Shown here piece by piece: positions 61,650 to 64,000 of a stretch of DNA of 64,000 nt; the stretch's first letter is position 1; each line of letters begins with the position of its first letter. Source of the stretch: Rhizophagus irregularis (taxonomy: Eukaryota). The translations under genes and the position numbers were made by a program. The notes under the pieces are model-generated. The model ran no database searches and was not told the DNA's origin. It saw only the letters and a program-made list of their open reading frames with translations. The stretch spans positions 5,394,001-5,458,000 of the forward strand of contig NC_089433.1 in the NCBI RefSeq assembly GCF_026210795.1, written 5' to 3'.

Positions 61650-64000
61650 CAGTCTGTCCTTTTTATAGCGAATTTTGATATAACGAATAACACGATATAG
61701 CGGATCTTTAGCGTGGTACAGATTTTGACATATGAAAAAAACCTTGTCAAACCGAACTTTACTAATTAAATTTCGTACAACGTTTAACGAAATAAAGTGT
61801 GTGAACATGCTTATATAAAATGATCCTTTTTATAACGGATTTTTTTTATAACAGATTTTTTCTGATTTTTTTATGAATATACCGAAGAATTATTTTTTAT
61901 AACGAATTTTTTGAATTTTTATGAATATACCGAAGAATTTTTGCGAAATGAATCTTACTATAAAGGACTATTTATCATGAAATATTTTCTCAATGTAAGA
62001 ACTACATCATAAAATTAATTTATAATGGATACTTTCATACTTCATATTTTATTTTACACTTCATTGTTACTCTGGATATTTTTTAAAAATGCCAAAAGCC
62101 AAATCTGTAAAACCTGGTAATAAACAACTTAATGGAATCCCCAGAAAACGTAAATCTCTTATAGCAGCACAAAAGAAAGAAATTTGTTTGAAAAAAATTT
62201 CTACTCCCTCCTTAAAACAAAAAGAACTAGCCAACGAATATGAGGTTAGTGAAGGAATGATCAGTGATATTTTAAAGGAAAAAGACCGTTGGCTTGTTGT
62301 AGATCTTGATTCACATCAAGCTGGATTACGACGCGAAAAAAGATTCCTTTTCCTATCATTGAAGAGGCTTTAACTCTTTGGGTAGAAAGTGCACTTCAAG
62401 CCAGTCTTATCATCAATGATGATATTCTTTCAAGCAAGGCCTGCCTGAGCTTGCTTTTTTGTGTGGAGAAGATAAATTCAAAGGGTCAAATGGTTGGGTT
62501 GACAATTTCAAAAAGCGGCACAATCTTAGGCAATACAACATGCATGGAGAAGCAGCAAGTGCACCTGTTCAAGAACTTGATACAATGCGTGAAGAAATTC
62601 GTAGAGTTTTAAAGAATTATGCCCTGAAGACATCTTTAATTGTGATGAGACAGGTCTTTTTTGGAAAATGCGACCTAGTCGTACAATTTCTAATGCCCCA
62701 ATTTCTGGAACAAAACAGTCAAAAGATCGTGTAACTGTTTTGCTTACTTGCAATGCAACTGGGAGTGAAAAATTATGTCCATTATTCATACACAAATATG
62801 AAAACCCTCGAGCCCTCAAAAACATCAATAAGAAAACTCTTCCAGTAGATTATCACTGGAATCCAAAAAGTTGGATGCAAGTTTCGATCTGGGCCAATAT
62901 CTTAAAAAACTTGATGCTCGAATGAGAACACAAGGTCGAAATATTCTTCTTTTAGTCGACAATGCTCCAACTCACGCCCTATTTGAAACCACACGCCTTA
63001 CAAATATCACGCTTGAATTTCTTCCTCCAAACACTACTGCACACCTCCAACCATGTGATCAAGGTATTATAAATAGCTTCAAGCGTAAGCTTCAATTAAT
63101 GAACATTCAATTCAGAATGTAGTAATGTTTTATACTTGAAATTTTAAAAATTCGTTGTTTATTTTAGGCACAATATCGAAAGCTATATTTACACAATCGA
63201 GTCAAATCATATGATAATTTTAATGAATATGGCACTGAACCCGTTGAAATTAATATTAAAAAATGCATCAAATATGTTGCACGTGTATGGGATAGTGTTA
63301 CAAAAACTACCATTGAAAACTGTTGGCTAAAAGCGGATATCCTGCCTAAAGATGATGATGGAGACGAAGTTAGAGATGATGATTGTGAGCATGATGATCA
63401 TGTCCATGATGACCATGACTCCAATGACCATGCCGATACTCAAATTTATCTTACACATATTAAGGAATTGGAAGAGATTCAAATGTTGATTGATAAACTT
63501 GATTTTGAAAAACCTTTTACTGCTGAAGAATTTATTCAATGTGATAGGGAAGAAATTACAACGGAAATGATATCCAATGAAGAAATTTTGAAAACCGTTC
63601 TTCCCAATAATAATCGAAGAGGAAGTAGAGGAGATTCCTTTACCTAGTATCTTCTATGTGTATTGAATTTTATGATAAGGTGATTTTATATTTGGAGCAA
63701 CAGGAAGACGGTTTTGATACAAAAAAAGAAGAGTTGAAATTTGTTAAAAAGCTAAAAAAAGAAGCTTTAAAACAACGGTTTATTTCTGCAAAACAGACTA
63801 ATCTTGATAGTTATATTAATATAATTGAGTAAATTTATTCGTGTAATTAAGAGGCTCAATTTTTGTTACATTTTCATAAATAATTCAGTATAATAAAATG
63901 TTGTTAAAAATTTAAAAATCGCGTAATTTATTATTTATAGTTATCTCTTAAAATAAATAATAATAAATTTTTAATGAATATTCGGTATAATATAATGAAA
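61650..64000 (+). mobile_element. pogo/Tigger-like DNA transposon (right end beyond the window)
   Basis: Left end TA-CAGTCTGTCCTTTTTATAGCGAA with TATAACG(A/G)A subterminal motifs, followed by a transposase. Confidence 0.8.
62089..63832 (+). pseudogene. pogo/CENP-B-like transposase (HTH plus DDE_1), frameshifted
   Basis: Motifs FKGSNGWVDNFKKRH, HGEAAS, FNCDETGLFWK, LLVDNAPTH and QPCDQGII are spread over several frames. One intron at ~63085-63167. Confidence 0.88.

Overview
This is AT-rich, intron-containing eukaryotic DNA. The gene families and repeat landscape are consistent with an arbuscular mycorrhizal fungus (Glomeromycotina, Rhizophagus-like), which is an inference. The left half (1-34 kb) holds nested MITEs, a frameshifted Crinkler (CRN)-type gene with nuclease-like and kinase domains, and a kinesin-4-like motor with a very long coiled coil. 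It also holds a divergent Ca2+/H+ exchanger, a DCAF4/WDR21-like WD40 gene, and an orphan coiled-coil gene within long A/T-rich spacers. The right half (34-64 kb) is a nest of transposons: an apparently intact hAT (TIRs, 8-bp TSD, empty paralogous site in the window), a decayed MULE interrupted by a non-coding CACTA-type element, and TTAA-flanked foldbacks. It also includes pogo MITEs, two SINE-like inserts, a 5'-truncated LINE and a decayed pogo/Tigger element. The most striking signal is inside the CACTA element: about 22 tandem micro-exon/intron modules (50.5-53.1 kb). Their exons are covarying hairpins, and their 5' splice sites and branch points are also folded into hairpins. A cassette of similar design lies in the unrelated hAT element (42.0-43.0 kb). 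Together they suggest a transposon-borne, heavily spliced, structured non-coding RNA system. Transcription and splicing are predicted from motifs only.
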